In this document: positions 1 to 10,491 of the stretch, one piece after another
Layout of the letters: each line of letters opens with the position of its first letter
Numbering within the stretch: the stretch's first letter is position 1
Assembly (NCBI GenBank): GCA_947589325.1
Contig: CANQAM010000009.1
Span: 195-64,194, forward strand
Direction: 5' to 3'
Length of the DNA: 64,000 nucleotides
DNA from: an uncultured Bacteroidales bacterium
GTDB lineage: Bacteria; Bacteroidota; Bacteroidia; Bacteroidales; UBA11471
Notes under the pieces: model-generated
Database searches by the model: none
Seen by the model: only the letters and a program-made list of their open reading frames with translations
What the model was told of the DNA's origin: nothing
Translations under genes and position numbers: made by a program

Positions 1-1858
1 CCCAGTTGTAGCGTGCCACTGTCGGTTTTTTGATTAATGGCGATGAAAGCTCCAACTTGTCGTCGGACTGCTGTACGACTTTGGCATACGCGAAATTTCC
101 TTTTGCATCGCCCACGATGAAGCCGGTGAAGATTTTAGACGTCGCGCAAACTTTTCCGTCGAAAGTGAGTACAAGTTTATCGCCTGCCTGTTTTGCATTT
201 GAACAGCGTGGGGCGCTGTCGATACAAGATTTGCCGTAGACTCTGTTGAGTGCCAGTAGCGAAAGGCGGCGGGCTACTTCCTGTTTGTTCACGGGGTGGA
301 TATCGACAGGATTGCCAAGGTCGATAGCCACTGCCATGCCCGTGTTCGGAAGTTCGAGAGCTTTTGCCTGACTATTGCGTAAAGCCGCCCATTTCGATTG
401 CGGCTGTACGGTGAGCGGTTTGAGGTATCCGGCAAGTTGGACGAAATAAAACGGGAACTCCGTTCCCCAATGTTTGCGCCAACTGTTGATGAGCGATTTG
501 AAAAGAGGCGCATATTGTTCGTCGCGCCCCACGTTGGCACACCCTTGATACCAAAGTACACCGCGTATGGGCATTACGTTGAGCGGTGCAATCATGGCAT
601 TGAACAGAACCGATGGATAACTTGCACTTTCTATCGAAACGGGGTGCGGCGTTTTACTGAAATCGGCAATTGTGCGGTAAGTCCAGTTGCCTGCGAGTGG
701 ATAACGCTGCCCATTGGTTTCGGCATACAGTTTTTCCGGTTCCCCGCCGATGCCGCCTTCACCGTCGAAGTCGGTTATACGGATAGAGATTACATTCTCA
801 CCCGATTTTACCAAATGTGCAGGTACCGTATAATGACGTGGTGCGTCCCAACTTCCGCTACTCCCCACTTCGACGCCATTGAAATAAGTTATGTCCTGAT
901 TGTCGATAGGGCCCATGTAAAGCTCGAGAGGCTTGCCTGCGGCATCGTCGGGTAGTGTAAACGAAGTTTGCATCCACACGATGCCGTCGAAATCGGGAAG
1001 TACGCTTGTTTCCCACAGCCCCGGTACGGGCATGTGCCCCCAACCTTTGCCCGATTGAAGTACTGCCTTATCGAAACCGGCTTCGACTCCCGTTGCTTTT
1101 TTATACCATGCTGCCACTTTGTCGTTGTAATTTTTGTACATGGCTTCGGGCGAATTTCCGTAAGCGGCAAGAGCGGCCAACTCTTCTTCAAAACCGGATA
1201 CGCCGTCGAACATGTCTGCCGGCGTCCACGCTTCGGCAGGAGTGCCGCCCCATGTGACGTCGATGACTCCGACAGGTATGCCGAGTTCTTCTTTCATTTT
1301 GAGCGCAAACAAATAGGCTATTGCCGAAAAATCCATGGTGGAGGGAGAGGCCTCTACCCAGCCTCCCATGTTTACCTCAGCATCGGAAAGAGGTGTAAAC
1401 GACCTATTTTTACGTATTTGGAGAAGTCTTATTTCGGGGTGGCGTGCCGTTGCCACGATTTCTTCCGAACTCATTACCTGCGCCCATCCTTTGACAGGGA
1501 ATTCCATGTTGGATTGTCCGGAACAGAGCCACACTTCACCCGACAAAACATTGGAGAGCACAACATCTTCGCCGCTACCGTCGCTTACGATGATAGTATA
1601 AGGTCCTCCTGCGTCAGGAGTTTGAAGGGTAAGGCGGAAAGCCCCGTCGCTCCCCACCGTGGTTTGCACCTCTTTCGTGCCCCAGTCGGTCCATGCTCTG
1701 ACTTTTGCATAAGGATGTGCATATCCGGGAATCACAAGTTGCGATTGCTGTTGCACTACCATATTGTCGGTATAAAATTGCGGAAGGCGCACTACACCTT
1801 GCGCCGTATGGAACAATAGCGCTGCGAATGCCGTAGTGATGATTTTGAAGTGAGACAT
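1..1858 (-). CDS. Sialate O-acetylesterase-like carbohydrate esterase (SGNH/DUF303 type), C-terminus off the window
   Basis: Not in the ORF track because no stop lies in the window. Manual translation from the ATG at 1858 stays open to position 1. It gives MSHFKIITTAFAALLF (signal peptide), GEVWLCSGQSNMEF, VIDVTWGGTPAEAW, GVLWYQGCANVGRDEQY and FPFYFVQLAGY, which are typical of the sialate 9-O-acetylesterase family. Confidence 0.8.
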   Translation of the reverse strand, partial: MSHFKIITTAFAALLFHTAQGVVRLPQFYTDNMVVQQQSQLVIPGYAHPYAKVRAWTDWGTKEVQTTVGSDGAFRLTLQTPDAGGPYTIIVSDGSGEDVVLSNVLSGEVWLCSGQSNMEFPVKGWAQVMSSEEIVATARHPEIRLLQIRKNRSFTPLSDAEVNMGGWVEASPSTMDFSAIAYLFALKMKEELGIPVGVIDVTWGGTPAEAWTPADMFDGVSGFEEELAALAAYGNSPEAMYKNYNDKVAAWYKKATGVEAGFDKAVLQSGKGWGHMPVPGLWETSVLPDFDGIVWMQTSFTLPDDAAGKPLELYMGPIDNQDITYFNGVEVGSSGSWDAPRHYTVPAHLVKSGENVISIRITDFDGEGGIGGEPEKLYAETNGQRYPLAGNWTYRTIADFSKTPHPVSIESASYPSVLFNAMIAPLNVMPIRGVLWYQGCANVGRDEQYAPLFKSLINSWRKHWGTEFPFYFVQLAGYLKPLTVQPQSKWAALRNSQAKALELPNTGMAVAIDLGNPVDIHPVNKQEVARRLSLLALNRVYGKSCIDSAPRCSNAKQAGDKLVLTFDGKVCATSKIFTGFIVGDAKGNFAYAKVVQQSDDKLELSSPLIKKPTVARYNW

Positions 1859-1868
1859 AGCGATATTT

Positions 1869-4800
1869 TTAAGATTTTTCATTTCCGGTATTTTCTTGAT
1901 TAAGTTTGTTTTTACGCTGCTGGCATTGTTTTTCAAACACTTTCGGCGTAACACCGAATTGCCGAGAAAACAGTTTGCTGAAATACGATGACGAATTGAT
2001 GCCTACCATGAAGCAAACGTCGCCGATACGGTATTTTCCCTCTTGGATAAATTCGGCCGCTTTTTTGAGTTTGATGAGCCTTATCAATTCTACGGGAGAG
2101 AGATTGAACAGTGCCTTAATGCGTCGCAACAAACTGCTGCGGCTCATATACAGGGCTTCGGTCATTGCCTCTACACTGAAATTTTCATCGCTGATATTTT
2201 CCGTGATTATCGCCACGACTTTGTTCATAAACTCTTCGTCGGCTTTGTTGAGTTTCATTTTGTCTACACTGAAAAAAGGTTGCTTCATAAACGCTTTTCG
2301 TTCGTGTATGCGATTGTCGAGCAGCGACATGATTTGCTGATGCAGATATTTCAGTGAGAACGGTTTTTCAATATAGGCTTCACCTCCGCATTTGAGTGCT
2401 TTGATTTTACTTTCGAGGTCGTTTTTGGCGGTAATGAATACGACGGGAATATTGGAAATTTCTTCATTTTCCTTGATGGTGCGACACAATTCGTAGCCGT
2501 CCATCTCCGGCATCATTACATCGGTAATGACCATATCGAATTTCCGTTCTCCGAGCTGCACCAATGCCTCTTTACCGTTACATGCGCTTTCAACGTCGAA
2601 CGATTTTGTCAATTGTTCGCACAGAAAATCGCGCATTTCGTCGTTGTCTTCCACAAGCAGCAACCGGTAGCCTATTTCGTTTTGAGTGAAAGTCGATTCT
2701 TCTTCCATTACATATTCCGCCATCGAGGAATTTGTCTCCGGTTCCGTGTCGATACCTTCTTGCCGCAAAGGTATTTCGAGAATGAACGTATTACTCAGTG
2801 TACTGCTGTCGGCAAGACGCAACGAACCGTTGTGTAGTTTTGCCAAAGTGGAGGCCAAAGGGAGTCCTATTCCTACGCCGCCCTCATGACCGGTATGTTC
2901 GATTTGATAGAAAGGCTCGAATATTTTGAGTCTGTCCTCCCCTTTTATGGGTGAACCGTCGCTGGCAACCGATACGCTGAATGCCGTGTCGGAAATACTC
3001 ATGCTGATGTCTATTCTCTCCTTGGAATATTTCATGGCATTGTTGAACAGGTTGCTGAGTATTTTCGTGATGGCTTCTTTATCAATGGTAGCGAATACGC
3101 TTTTTTGAGGAATATCTACTGAAAGTTTTTTTGCTTTTAGTGAGATAGGCTGTTCAAACCGATTGATGATTTCCTGCATCATGGCCGAGACATCGACAAT
3201 GGCAAAAGTGAGAGCATGTTGGTCTCTGTCGATTTTTTGGAAATCGAGCAAATGGTTGGCAAGATCGAGCAAGCGGTTGGTGTTCAGTCGTATGGTATGC
3301 AGATAGCGTTTTATACGATCATCGCTTACACCGATTTCGTCGATGGCCTCCAACGGTGAATTTATGAGTGATAACGGAGTACGTATTTCATGGGCTATTT
3401 CGGTAAAGAATTGTATTTTGTTGGCATATAATTCTTTTTCTTTTTTTATGCTGAGTATATTGGCTCTTTTTATCATTTCTTTGTTGCGATGGCATTTATA
3501 ATAATGCCAAACAACGGAAATAATGGATACAAAAAGGAATCCGTAGATGAGATAAGCCCACCATGATTCGTACCACGAGGGCAGAATTGTAAGTGTATAG
3601 GGGTGTATCGACGAGAGCCCGCTGTATGAAGAGCGCAATTCGAGCGTGTATTTTCCGGCCGACAGGGTAGCAAAAAACAGTTCGTTGGTATTGGTAATAT
3701 CTATCCATTGCTTGCTGTTGGGCAAAAGCCGATAGCTGTACTTTACGACATTGTGGCTCACATAGTTCGGTGCAGCCACGCTGAAACGTATGGGGTCCAG
3801 CGTATGCGGTATTTCCAATATATCGGTATACAGCAAATTTTCTTTGAGCGATGAATTGCTTTGACTATGCACAATTTCGTCATTGCCAATCTTCATGTCG
3901 GTAAGATATAACGAGGGCAGGCTGTCGGGAAGGTCGTCTGTAAGCGGATCGAAAACGATTATGCCGCCTATGCCGCCAAAATAAAACATGCCGTGTTCGT
4001 CTTTTACGGCACTGTGGTAGCCGAAGTTGTTGATCATGTCGGCACGATTGGAGGTAAATACTTTTATTTTGCCGGTTTCCGGGTCGAATTTGACAAGTCC
4101 GGAATTCGTTCCGAACCATAGAAAGCCCCGTTGGTCTTCGAGTACGTTGTAGACCACATTGTCTGGCAGTCCTTCTTCAATGGAATAGGTGGTAAAATTA
4201 TCGCTCTGAGGATTGAAGCGGCTCAGTCCGCCTCGATCGGTCGAGAGCCAGATATTGCCTTTGCTGTCTTGGGCGACAGCGCTTATGGTGTTGCTGCGCA
4301 GTCCGTTGGTATAATTTTCATCGAAAGCATAATGTTTATACGTTTCCGTATCGGGGTGGTAGGTCCATGCGCCATTACCCATCGAGGCTATCCATATAGT
4401 ACCGTCGGCAGCCTCGAAAACATCGGAAATCCAGTCGAACCCGACACTCTCTATCTCTTCAAAATCCCGATGTCCGTACCATCGCACATAGAGGCCCCAT
4501 TCCAGGCCTACCCATAAATTGCCCTTTGAGTCTTCGAGTACGGCATACACACTGTTGGCATCATCGTTCAGTTTTTTCCATATATTGTATATTCTGCCGC
4601 TTTTGGAATCGATCATGGAGAGTCCGTTTCTTATTTGACCGATGTATACGTTGAACCCTTTGCTCTTGACATTGAGCACTCCTGTATCGGAGTTTTTGCG
4701 GCTAAGCGAAAGAATAATTTTTCCTTGTTTGGTGTCGAAGCAGTCATATCCGCCCGATTCAAAACCTATCCACAAGCGTCCGTCGGGGGTATAAGTCATA

Positions 4801-5879
4801 CCCCGTACCAGTTTGCCCGAGAGCGAACGGGGCGATGAGCCTTGTGATAGACGTTCAAATATAAGCCCTTTGCGTTGGAAATAATTTATGCCGCCGAAAA
4901 GGGTTCCGATCCACACGTTGCCTTCGCGATCGGGATAGAGTACTCCGATAGTGTTGTCCGAAAGTCCCGATTCGCCCATCGTGTTTGCATTGATCAGTGT
5001 TTCAGCTCCACTGGCGAGATCGATGATATACAATCCCGTTTGTGTGCCAATCCACAACTCGTTTTCCACTTTGAGGGTATTGCGCAAATACGTGCTGCCG
5101 CTTTGGCTGAATGGAACGGATTTTAATTCGTCTGCGAGAATATCGTACGTAAAAATTCGGCCTGCATCGTCGCATACCAGCAATACGTGCTCGTTTAACG
5201 AACACAACGACTGTATGATTAAGTTTCCAAGAGTTTTCCTCACTTGCGGGTTGCCGACTTCACGGAAGCGGTGTGTCTCCGAATCGTATTTGTAGAGTCC
5301 TCGTTTATAAGTGCCCACGTAAAGCGATTCGTCTATCATATTGAGGCACAATGGCAGTTTGTTTTTGTCTCCTCCATGATTGGTAACGCTGAAATATTCC
5401 ATGGTGTCGTACCCGTTGATTCTGAACACTCCTTGGTTGGGAATCAGAATCCATATAATGCCGTGATTGTCGGCCATGATGTCCGACACCCAATCTTCGG
5501 CGCCCACGCCGTCTTTGCTTTTAATATCGAAAAAACTGAATGTTTCGCGGCGCATATCGTAGATATAGATGCCGCGGTCGGTGCCTACCCATAGCGTATC
5601 GCTACGCTGATAGAGGGCGCTGATATTGTTGTTGCCCCGATGTTTTTCGTAATCGTAGCAGTTGTAGCGTCTGATACTGTGCCCGTCGTAACGGTTGAGG
5701 CCGTTTTTTGTACCGAACCACATGAAACCGAAATTGTCCTGATAAATCGATTTGACGTAGTTCGACGTCAGCCCGTCGGAGTTGTCGATATGTGAAATCG
5801 AGAAACTCGAACGGGCGTTTGCTGCCGTTCCAAGCAGAAGCACGGCGGGCAATATCAATAGGAAGAACTTGTATTTCAT
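1869..5879 (-). CDS. Hybrid two-component system regulator (HTCS): periplasmic beta-propeller/Y_Y_Y sensor, HisKA-HATPase, receiver and AraC-type HTH
   Basis: 1337-aa ORF. It has an N-terminal signal peptide and repeated WFGT/WIGT/WVGT propeller-like motifs. A TM segment is followed by FFTEIAHEIRTPLSLI (H-box), then an HATPase region, then a receiver (LLLVEDNDEMRDF...DVMMPEMDG) and a C-terminal AraC HTH (SSSYFSKLFSRQFGVTP). The ATG at 5879 is preferred over the TTG at 5882. Confidence 0.92.
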   Translation of the reverse strand: MKYKFFLLILPAVLLLGTAANARSSFSISHIDNSDGLTSNYVKSIYQDNFGFMWFGTKNGLNRYDGHSIRRYNCYDYEKHRGNNNISALYQRSDTLWVGTDRGIYIYDMRRETFSFFDIKSKDGVGAEDWVSDIMADNHGIIWILIPNQGVFRINGYDTMEYFSVTNHGGDKNKLPLCLNMIDESLYVGTYKRGLYKYDSETHRFREVGNPQVRKTLGNLIIQSLCSLNEHVLLVCDDAGRIFTYDILADELKSVPFSQSGSTYLRNTLKVENELWIGTQTGLYIIDLASGAETLINANTMGESGLSDNTIGVLYPDREGNVWIGTLFGGINYFQRKGLIFERLSQGSSPRSLSGKLVRGMTYTPDGRLWIGFESGGYDCFDTKQGKIILSLSRKNSDTGVLNVKSKGFNVYIGQIRNGLSMIDSKSGRIYNIWKKLNDDANSVYAVLEDSKGNLWVGLEWGLYVRWYGHRDFEEIESVGFDWISDVFEAADGTIWIASMGNGAWTYHPDTETYKHYAFDENYTNGLRSNTISAVAQDSKGNIWLSTDRGGLSRFNPQSDNFTTYSIEEGLPDNVVYNVLEDQRGFLWFGTNSGLVKFDPETGKIKVFTSNRADMINNFGYHSAVKDEHGMFYFGGIGGIIVFDPLTDDLPDSLPSLYLTDMKIGNDEIVHSQSNSSLKENLLYTDILEIPHTLDPIRFSVAAPNYVSHNVVKYSYRLLPNSKQWIDITNTNELFFATLSAGKYTLELRSSYSGLSSIHPYTLTILPSWYESWWAYLIYGFLFVSIISVVWHYYKCHRNKEMIKRANILSIKKEKELYANKIQFFTEIAHEIRTPLSLINSPLEAIDEIGVSDDRIKRYLHTIRLNTNRLLDLANHLLDFQKIDRDQHALTFAIVDVSAMMQEIINRFEQPISLKAKKLSVDIPQKSVFATIDKEAITKILSNLFNNAMKYSKERIDISMSISDTAFSVSVASDGSPIKGEDRLKIFEPFYQIEHTGHEGGVGIGLPLASTLAKLHNGSLRLADSSTLSNTFILEIPLRQEGIDTEPETNSSMAEYVMEEESTFTQNEIGYRLLLVEDNDEMRDFLCEQLTKSFDVESACNGKEALVQLGERKFDMVITDVMMPEMDGYELCRTIKENEEISNIPVVFITAKNDLESKIKALKCGGEAYIEKPFSLKYLHQQIMSLLDNRIHERKAFMKQPFFSVDKMKLNKADEEFMNKVVAIITENISDENFSVEAMTEALYMSRSSLLRRIKALFNLSPVELIRLIKLKKAAEFIQEGKYRIGDVCFMVGINSSSYFSKLFSRQFGVTPKVFEKQCQQRKNKLNQENTGNEKS

Positions 5880-5895
5880 CAATAAAACGAGTCGG

Positions 5896-8364
5896 TTATC
5901 GAGTCGCTTTGAGAACTTTTTTTGTTCCGTCGGCGAATGTCAGGTCGATGATGGCGATAATGGGAGAGCAGGCTATCGGGAGCGATATTTCCTGCAAACC
6001 TTCGCTGCCGGAAAAGCTGCCGAGCAGACGTTCGTCTATGCCGTACACTTTCATGCCGATGATGGGCTGCGACGATTTTATGTTGCAGGCATTGCCGTCG
6101 GCAGTGAGCAGGGCGGAGAGCAACGGGGCGGTTTGTGCATCTTCGGCGGTTTCTTTTACAGCCGACGTTTCGTGACTCAGGCGATATACGCGCACGTCTT
6201 GTTTCGGAACGGAATAATCGAATCCTTCGCTGTCGAACGTGATGTCGGTACCGAACCACAATTCTTTGATTGCGCTTATGTTCGAGGGAGCGATGCCAAG
6301 GCGTTCAAACGAAAGCCGGCCGTTTTTCGCCGTAATGCCGTCGAAATTAAATACCGCTACATAATCGGCTTCGTCGGTGTGACGCTGGAATATGGTTTCC
6401 GACGTGTTGGGCGTCGTATATTCGCCGATGCCTTCGACGGGCATGAATGCACCCGTGTTTTCCCGCACGTAGCGGTTTATGTCTTCATTGCCCATGATGG
6501 CAACGGCACGGCGGCGCGATTCACTCGGTTCGCCGCATGGGATACCGTTCTCGGTTTTTACCTTGTCGGAAAAATTGTCTCCGAATATGAAAGCGCCGGT
6601 TGTCATACCGGTTGTGGCGCGCACACGGTTTTCGCCGTCGGTTTCGCTTCCGAGGTAGTTGGTTTTGCACATGACGAGCTGGTCGGGGTCGAGTACGGTA
6701 TAGAGGCGGTCGAACCACCAGCCGTAAGAGAGGGCGTTCATCACATATTCGCTTTCGTGAATTTGGCTGAAACGGTCGCAGCAGGTGCGCCGCCCGTGCA
6801 CGTACTGGTAGGGGAAGGCGGGCGACATGGCCATAACGAGGTACAGCCCGTATTTTTCAGCTTCTTCGCGCACGATTTTCATTCCGTAGTTGTATGCCTG
6901 TACGGCGGTGGTTATTTCGCTGTTGTAGTAGCTGTCGCCCTGTACGATGCCGCAATTCATGAAATCGATTTTGACATATTTGGCACCGAGCTGCGAGTAG
7001 TGCTTAAACGCATATTCTATATGTGTTCGCATGGCGGGGTGTGTCGGGTCGCTTGCGTAGCCTCCGTTCGACCCCAATTGGTAGGGTTGTCCGTTCACTT
7101 TGAGCAGCATATCGCCGTAAGTATAGTCGCGTTCGCCATTAAGGCCGGTACCCGGTACTTTTCCGTCGATCGTCCATTCCCATATCACGAAAGGCCCGCC
7201 ATAGAGACCGAGCGTCATATTCATGCCCTCATAGGTAGTTCCCTCGTAGGTGTAGGTCGTACCTTCGCCGAAAACTTTTTTCGCGAGGTTGGAGATGCGT
7301 GTTGCGGGAATATTGTCTTCGCCGAAAGAATCGAGGCTGATGGTGATTTTGCCGTCTTTCCCGTAGAATCCGTGTTCAAAAAGATTGTCTTTCATGAAAC
7401 GCGCACTTTCGACGACACCGTCGTAATTGACATATTGCTGCTGCGCACCCCACGAGCTCCAGCCCACCGGATTTCCGCCATGCCATTCGGCGGGCGGTTC
7501 CACGAGCGCATTGGCGTCGGCAAAGGCGTTCATGCCTTCGCGCCAGTCGTCGAACGCACCAATCATGAATCGGGCAGAGCTTACGGTTTTTCCTCTTACG
7601 CTGCCGTGGGGCAGCACGTCGCGGGTATCGCTGTTACTCAGACCCGAGAGGCATTCAAACCGCGTAACGCGGTTCATGTAGTTACCGGTAATGGTTACGC
7701 CGTTTTTCCAGTTGTCGTGATCTACGGCTCCTGCCACGAGACCGAAGCGGTCGTCGGCATTGTAAACGCAGCTGGTTTCGCACGATACGACCTCTGTCGG
7801 TTCGTTTCCTTTGATAGTGAAATTTTTGTAGTCTATGTGTCCGTCGTTATCGAAAGGTATCCACAATATATGGTTGGCAGCAGTGGAGCTGAAAGGTGTT
7901 GTGTAATCGCCGATAGCAAACGGTATCATGCGGTTGCTGAGCACGGTTTCTCCGTTGTCGGCTTCGAGGGTGAGCTGTGCAATGAAATAGGGGTGCTCGT
8001 CGAAAAACGACAATGTTTGAGTCATCGTCACGCCGTCTTTGCGGCGGACGAGACGAAGGCTCTCTCCTGCCCCGAAATCGGGGTCGTTTACCTCTACTGC
8101 CACAGCTTCGGCTTTCACGTCGGCCGACGATAAGACGACGCTTGCGCCTTGGGTGTTTCCAAGCCGGTAAGTCGTTTCGGCGAATATTTTTTTGAATAAT
8201 TCCCGACCGCGATGTTTTACGGTAAGTTCGTTGTTTGTCTCATTGTATGAAGCAGTCCAGTCATTTTTCGTTATTTCCACCTGAGCGGCTGCCGATGTGG
8301 TGAGCGCCATCGCGAGGACGGCTGTCGCAAGTATGCTCCGAGCTGTTGTTTTCATGTTATTCAT
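5896..8364 (-). CDS. Clan GH-D (GH27/GH36-like, alpha-galactosidase-like) glycoside hydrolase with probable T9SS C-terminal domain
   Basis: 822 aa with a signal peptide. Motifs: GWSSWG (compare GH27 GWNSW), YVKIDFMN (nucleophile-region KxD-like) and GRRTCCDRF (compare RxxxD). The C-terminal ~75 aa (MKVYGIDERLLGSF...IIAIIDLTFADGTKKVLKATR) resemble a T9SS sorting domain. It is a paralog of the upstream gene. Confidence 0.7.
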   Translation of the reverse strand: MNNMKTTARSILATAVLAMALTTSAAAQVEITKNDWTASYNETNNELTVKHRGRELFKKIFAETTYRLGNTQGASVVLSSADVKAEAVAVEVNDPDFGAGESLRLVRRKDGVTMTQTLSFFDEHPYFIAQLTLEADNGETVLSNRMIPFAIGDYTTPFSSTAANHILWIPFDNDGHIDYKNFTIKGNEPTEVVSCETSCVYNADDRFGLVAGAVDHDNWKNGVTITGNYMNRVTRFECLSGLSNSDTRDVLPHGSVRGKTVSSARFMIGAFDDWREGMNAFADANALVEPPAEWHGGNPVGWSSWGAQQQYVNYDGVVESARFMKDNLFEHGFYGKDGKITISLDSFGEDNIPATRISNLAKKVFGEGTTYTYEGTTYEGMNMTLGLYGGPFVIWEWTIDGKVPGTGLNGERDYTYGDMLLKVNGQPYQLGSNGGYASDPTHPAMRTHIEYAFKHYSQLGAKYVKIDFMNCGIVQGDSYYNSEITTAVQAYNYGMKIVREEAEKYGLYLVMAMSPAFPYQYVHGRRTCCDRFSQIHESEYVMNALSYGWWFDRLYTVLDPDQLVMCKTNYLGSETDGENRVRATTGMTTGAFIFGDNFSDKVKTENGIPCGEPSESRRRAVAIMGNEDINRYVRENTGAFMPVEGIGEYTTPNTSETIFQRHTDEADYVAVFNFDGITAKNGRLSFERLGIAPSNISAIKELWFGTDITFDSEGFDYSVPKQDVRVYRLSHETSAVKETAEDAQTAPLLSALLTADGNACNIKSSQPIIGMKVYGIDERLLGSFSGSEGLQEISLPIACSPIIAIIDLTFADGTKKVLKATR

Positions 8365-10387
8365 GGGATAAGTTGAAAAGGAATATTTTTACATCTTTTG
8401 CAGGAATTTCTGTTTCAAGTATGTGGCATGCCTTCATTTTGTCGGACGACCAGAGTTCGGTAAGGTCGTAATCGCGGCTTTCCGATAGGCCGAGGCGTCG
8501 CAGCGGCAACCGTTTGCAGGCGGAGTGTTCGCCGAAGTTGAACACGGCGAGGTACAAAGCGTCGCCGGTGCGGTAGTAAAACATGTCGGCTGCACGGTCG
8601 CCGGTGCCATGTTCTACGGGGCGGAACGATTTGCAGCGGCGAGCCATTTCGTTGATGCGGGGATTCGTTGCCGTGCGCAAGACACGTTCCCGTGTGTCGG
8701 GATTTCCGCTCTCGCTGAGATCGTCGCCGAGAAAGAACAGGCCGGTGATTGCCGATGAGGTGAGGCGTGCTCTGTTTTCGCCGTCGCTTACGCCTTCCAT
8801 CACGATGTGGTCGGCATCATTGTAGTGGTATACGCGGTCGAGCCACCAGCCGTACGTGAGGGCGTTGAGGGTATATTCGGTGTTTCCGATGTCTGCCCAT
8901 GCATCGCAGCCTATCCGGCGGCTGTGAGCGTAATTGGCGGGAAAGAGCGGAGCTATCGACAGATTTATCCACAGTTTGCCGCCGGCCACCGAGTCGATGA
9001 ACGCCATGCCCTGATTATAGGCTTGCACGCCGGTGTGCACGGACGGGTCGTAATGGCTGTCCGATTCGTATGCTCCGTGTGCCATGAAATCGATTTTCAT
9101 GAAGTCGTAGCCCCATTCGATGAATTGGTCTATCTGGCGGACGATGCGTGCCTTTGTGCCCGGGTGAGTGGGGTCGAGGGCGTACGCGCCGTCGAAAACG
9201 AGAACATTTCCGTCGTGTTTGAGATAAAGGTCATTCATTTTATATTGCGGAGCTTCTGCCACGATGGCGTCGGGATTTTTCGCCCAGTCGGTGAATGGGC
9301 AGTAATAGATGCCCGCCTTTTGCCCGCGGCTGTGGCAAAGGGTGGTAAATTCGCGGCGCTGCTGTTCGTTCAGGCCGAAATCCCAAAATGCGTCGAGTCC
9401 GATATAGACGGTACTGTCGGAGCCTATAAAATTCCGGTTTTCAAGATTGTCGTTGAAAAATCTGCTTACTTGCGAGGCGTTGTCGAAATTGATTTTGGTT
9501 TGCAGTTTTCCCCAGCTGTTCCAGCCGAAAGGCCTCTCCCCTTTCGAGGCAATGCGCGGGGCCACGGCAGCGCACAAGTCGGCATAAGTCTCCATGCCGT
9601 CGCGCCAGTCGTCAAAAAGCCCCACCATTATTTTGGGCGATTTCACCGTCGTTCCTTTTACGGCACCATGCGGACGCACATCGCGGGTGAGCGGCGACCA
9701 TGCTCCGCCGTAGACGGTGAGCGTATCGACCAGCACCCCTTCACCGTGCGCCTTTATGCCGGTTTTCCACACGTCGTGTTCGATAGAGCCTGCCACGAGT
9801 CCTTGGCGGGTATCGCTGTTGAACAGGGCGCTTACTTCATAGCTTTCGGGGGCCGTTGCGTCGAAAGGGGTTATGCGGTAGCGCACCCACGCATCGTTAT
9901 CGTAAGGGACGAACAATATGTTGTTTCCGCATCGGGTGAAAGTCTTGGCGGCAGAGAGCGACGAAACGGGTGCCATGTAGTTGAGTTCCACGCCCTGCGG
10001 GTCGCTGACGGTGAAGTCGGTAAGTATGTAGTCGCGGGAGGGATAGAGGTAGAATCGGTGTTCGATGCGTTCGCTGCCTCGGCGTCCTTTCACCGTAACT
10101 TTCGTTCCCTCGCCGAAAGCGTCGGAAAACGGCTGTGCCGAAACGGTTACCGACTGCGACCCGCTCAGGTCGCGGCGAGTATTGTCAAGGCCCCAGACGA
10201 TACGGGAATCGACAAGCAATTCATTTCCGTTTTTCGAGAGTGTCGCGGCCCCGTCTTTGCGGTCGATGCTCAGTGTCCATTCGCCTGCCGAAAAGCTCTT
10301 AACGGCCGGCGCCGAAATTCCCTCCGGCATCGGCAGCGCGGTAATTGCACAGAAACAGACGGTTTTTATCCAGCTGTTTTTTTTCAT
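8357..10387 (-). CDS. Clan GH-D (GH27/GH36-like, alpha-galactosidase-like) glycoside hydrolase
   Basis: 676 aa. Motifs: FGWNSWGK, YDFMKIDFMAHG, HSRRIGCDAWADI and LNALTYGWWLDRVY. It is collinear with the 822-aa neighbour but lacks the C-terminal extension. Its stop overlaps the neighbour's ATGAATAA start region. Confidence 0.7.
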   Translation of the reverse strand: MKKNSWIKTVCFCAITALPMPEGISAPAVKSFSAGEWTLSIDRKDGAATLSKNGNELLVDSRIVWGLDNTRRDLSGSQSVTVSAQPFSDAFGEGTKVTVKGRRGSERIEHRFYLYPSRDYILTDFTVSDPQGVELNYMAPVSSLSAAKTFTRCGNNILFVPYDNDAWVRYRITPFDATAPESYEVSALFNSDTRQGLVAGSIEHDVWKTGIKAHGEGVLVDTLTVYGGAWSPLTRDVRPHGAVKGTTVKSPKIMVGLFDDWRDGMETYADLCAAVAPRIASKGERPFGWNSWGKLQTKINFDNASQVSRFFNDNLENRNFIGSDSTVYIGLDAFWDFGLNEQQRREFTTLCHSRGQKAGIYYCPFTDWAKNPDAIVAEAPQYKMNDLYLKHDGNVLVFDGAYALDPTHPGTKARIVRQIDQFIEWGYDFMKIDFMAHGAYESDSHYDPSVHTGVQAYNQGMAFIDSVAGGKLWINLSIAPLFPANYAHSRRIGCDAWADIGNTEYTLNALTYGWWLDRVYHYNDADHIVMEGVSDGENRARLTSSAITGLFFLGDDLSESGNPDTRERVLRTATNPRINEMARRCKSFRPVEHGTGDRAADMFYYRTGDALYLAVFNFGEHSACKRLPLRRLGLSESRDYDLTELWSSDKMKACHILETEIPAKDVKIFLFNLSHE

Positions 10388-10464
10388 AGTAATATAAGTT
10401 TTATCTTACAATTTTTTATTTTTTTATCTTGGGAATAAGCGTCGAAAAGCACTTGCTTACGATA

Positions 10465-10491
10465 CAAAAATAGCAATTGTAATGAAACAAA
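10465..10491 (-). promoter_or_regulatory. Candidate Bacteroides-type promoter for the GH27-like/HTCS transcription unit
   Basis: The minus strand reads TTTG-N15-TATTTTTG, with the -7 box TAnnTTTG about 78 nt upstream of the ATG at 10387. The spacer is shorter than the usual ~19-21 nt. Confidence 0.3.

Noticed and set aside
5782-8133. Long antisense ORFs opposite well-supported genes: 5782-8133 (+), 8807-10438 (+), 13009-14502 (+), 39866-41851 (+), 43604-46012 (-), 47783-49018 (-), 53809-54924 (-), 55867-57579 (-), 57630-58646 (-), 62588-63829 (-), 968-1819 (+).
   Set aside because: Their translations are low-complexity and rich in R/G/A/V/H, with no motifs. Several span two real genes. The opposite strand encodes proteins with clear family signatures. 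These are typical shadow ORFs of GC-rich, codon-biased coding DNA.
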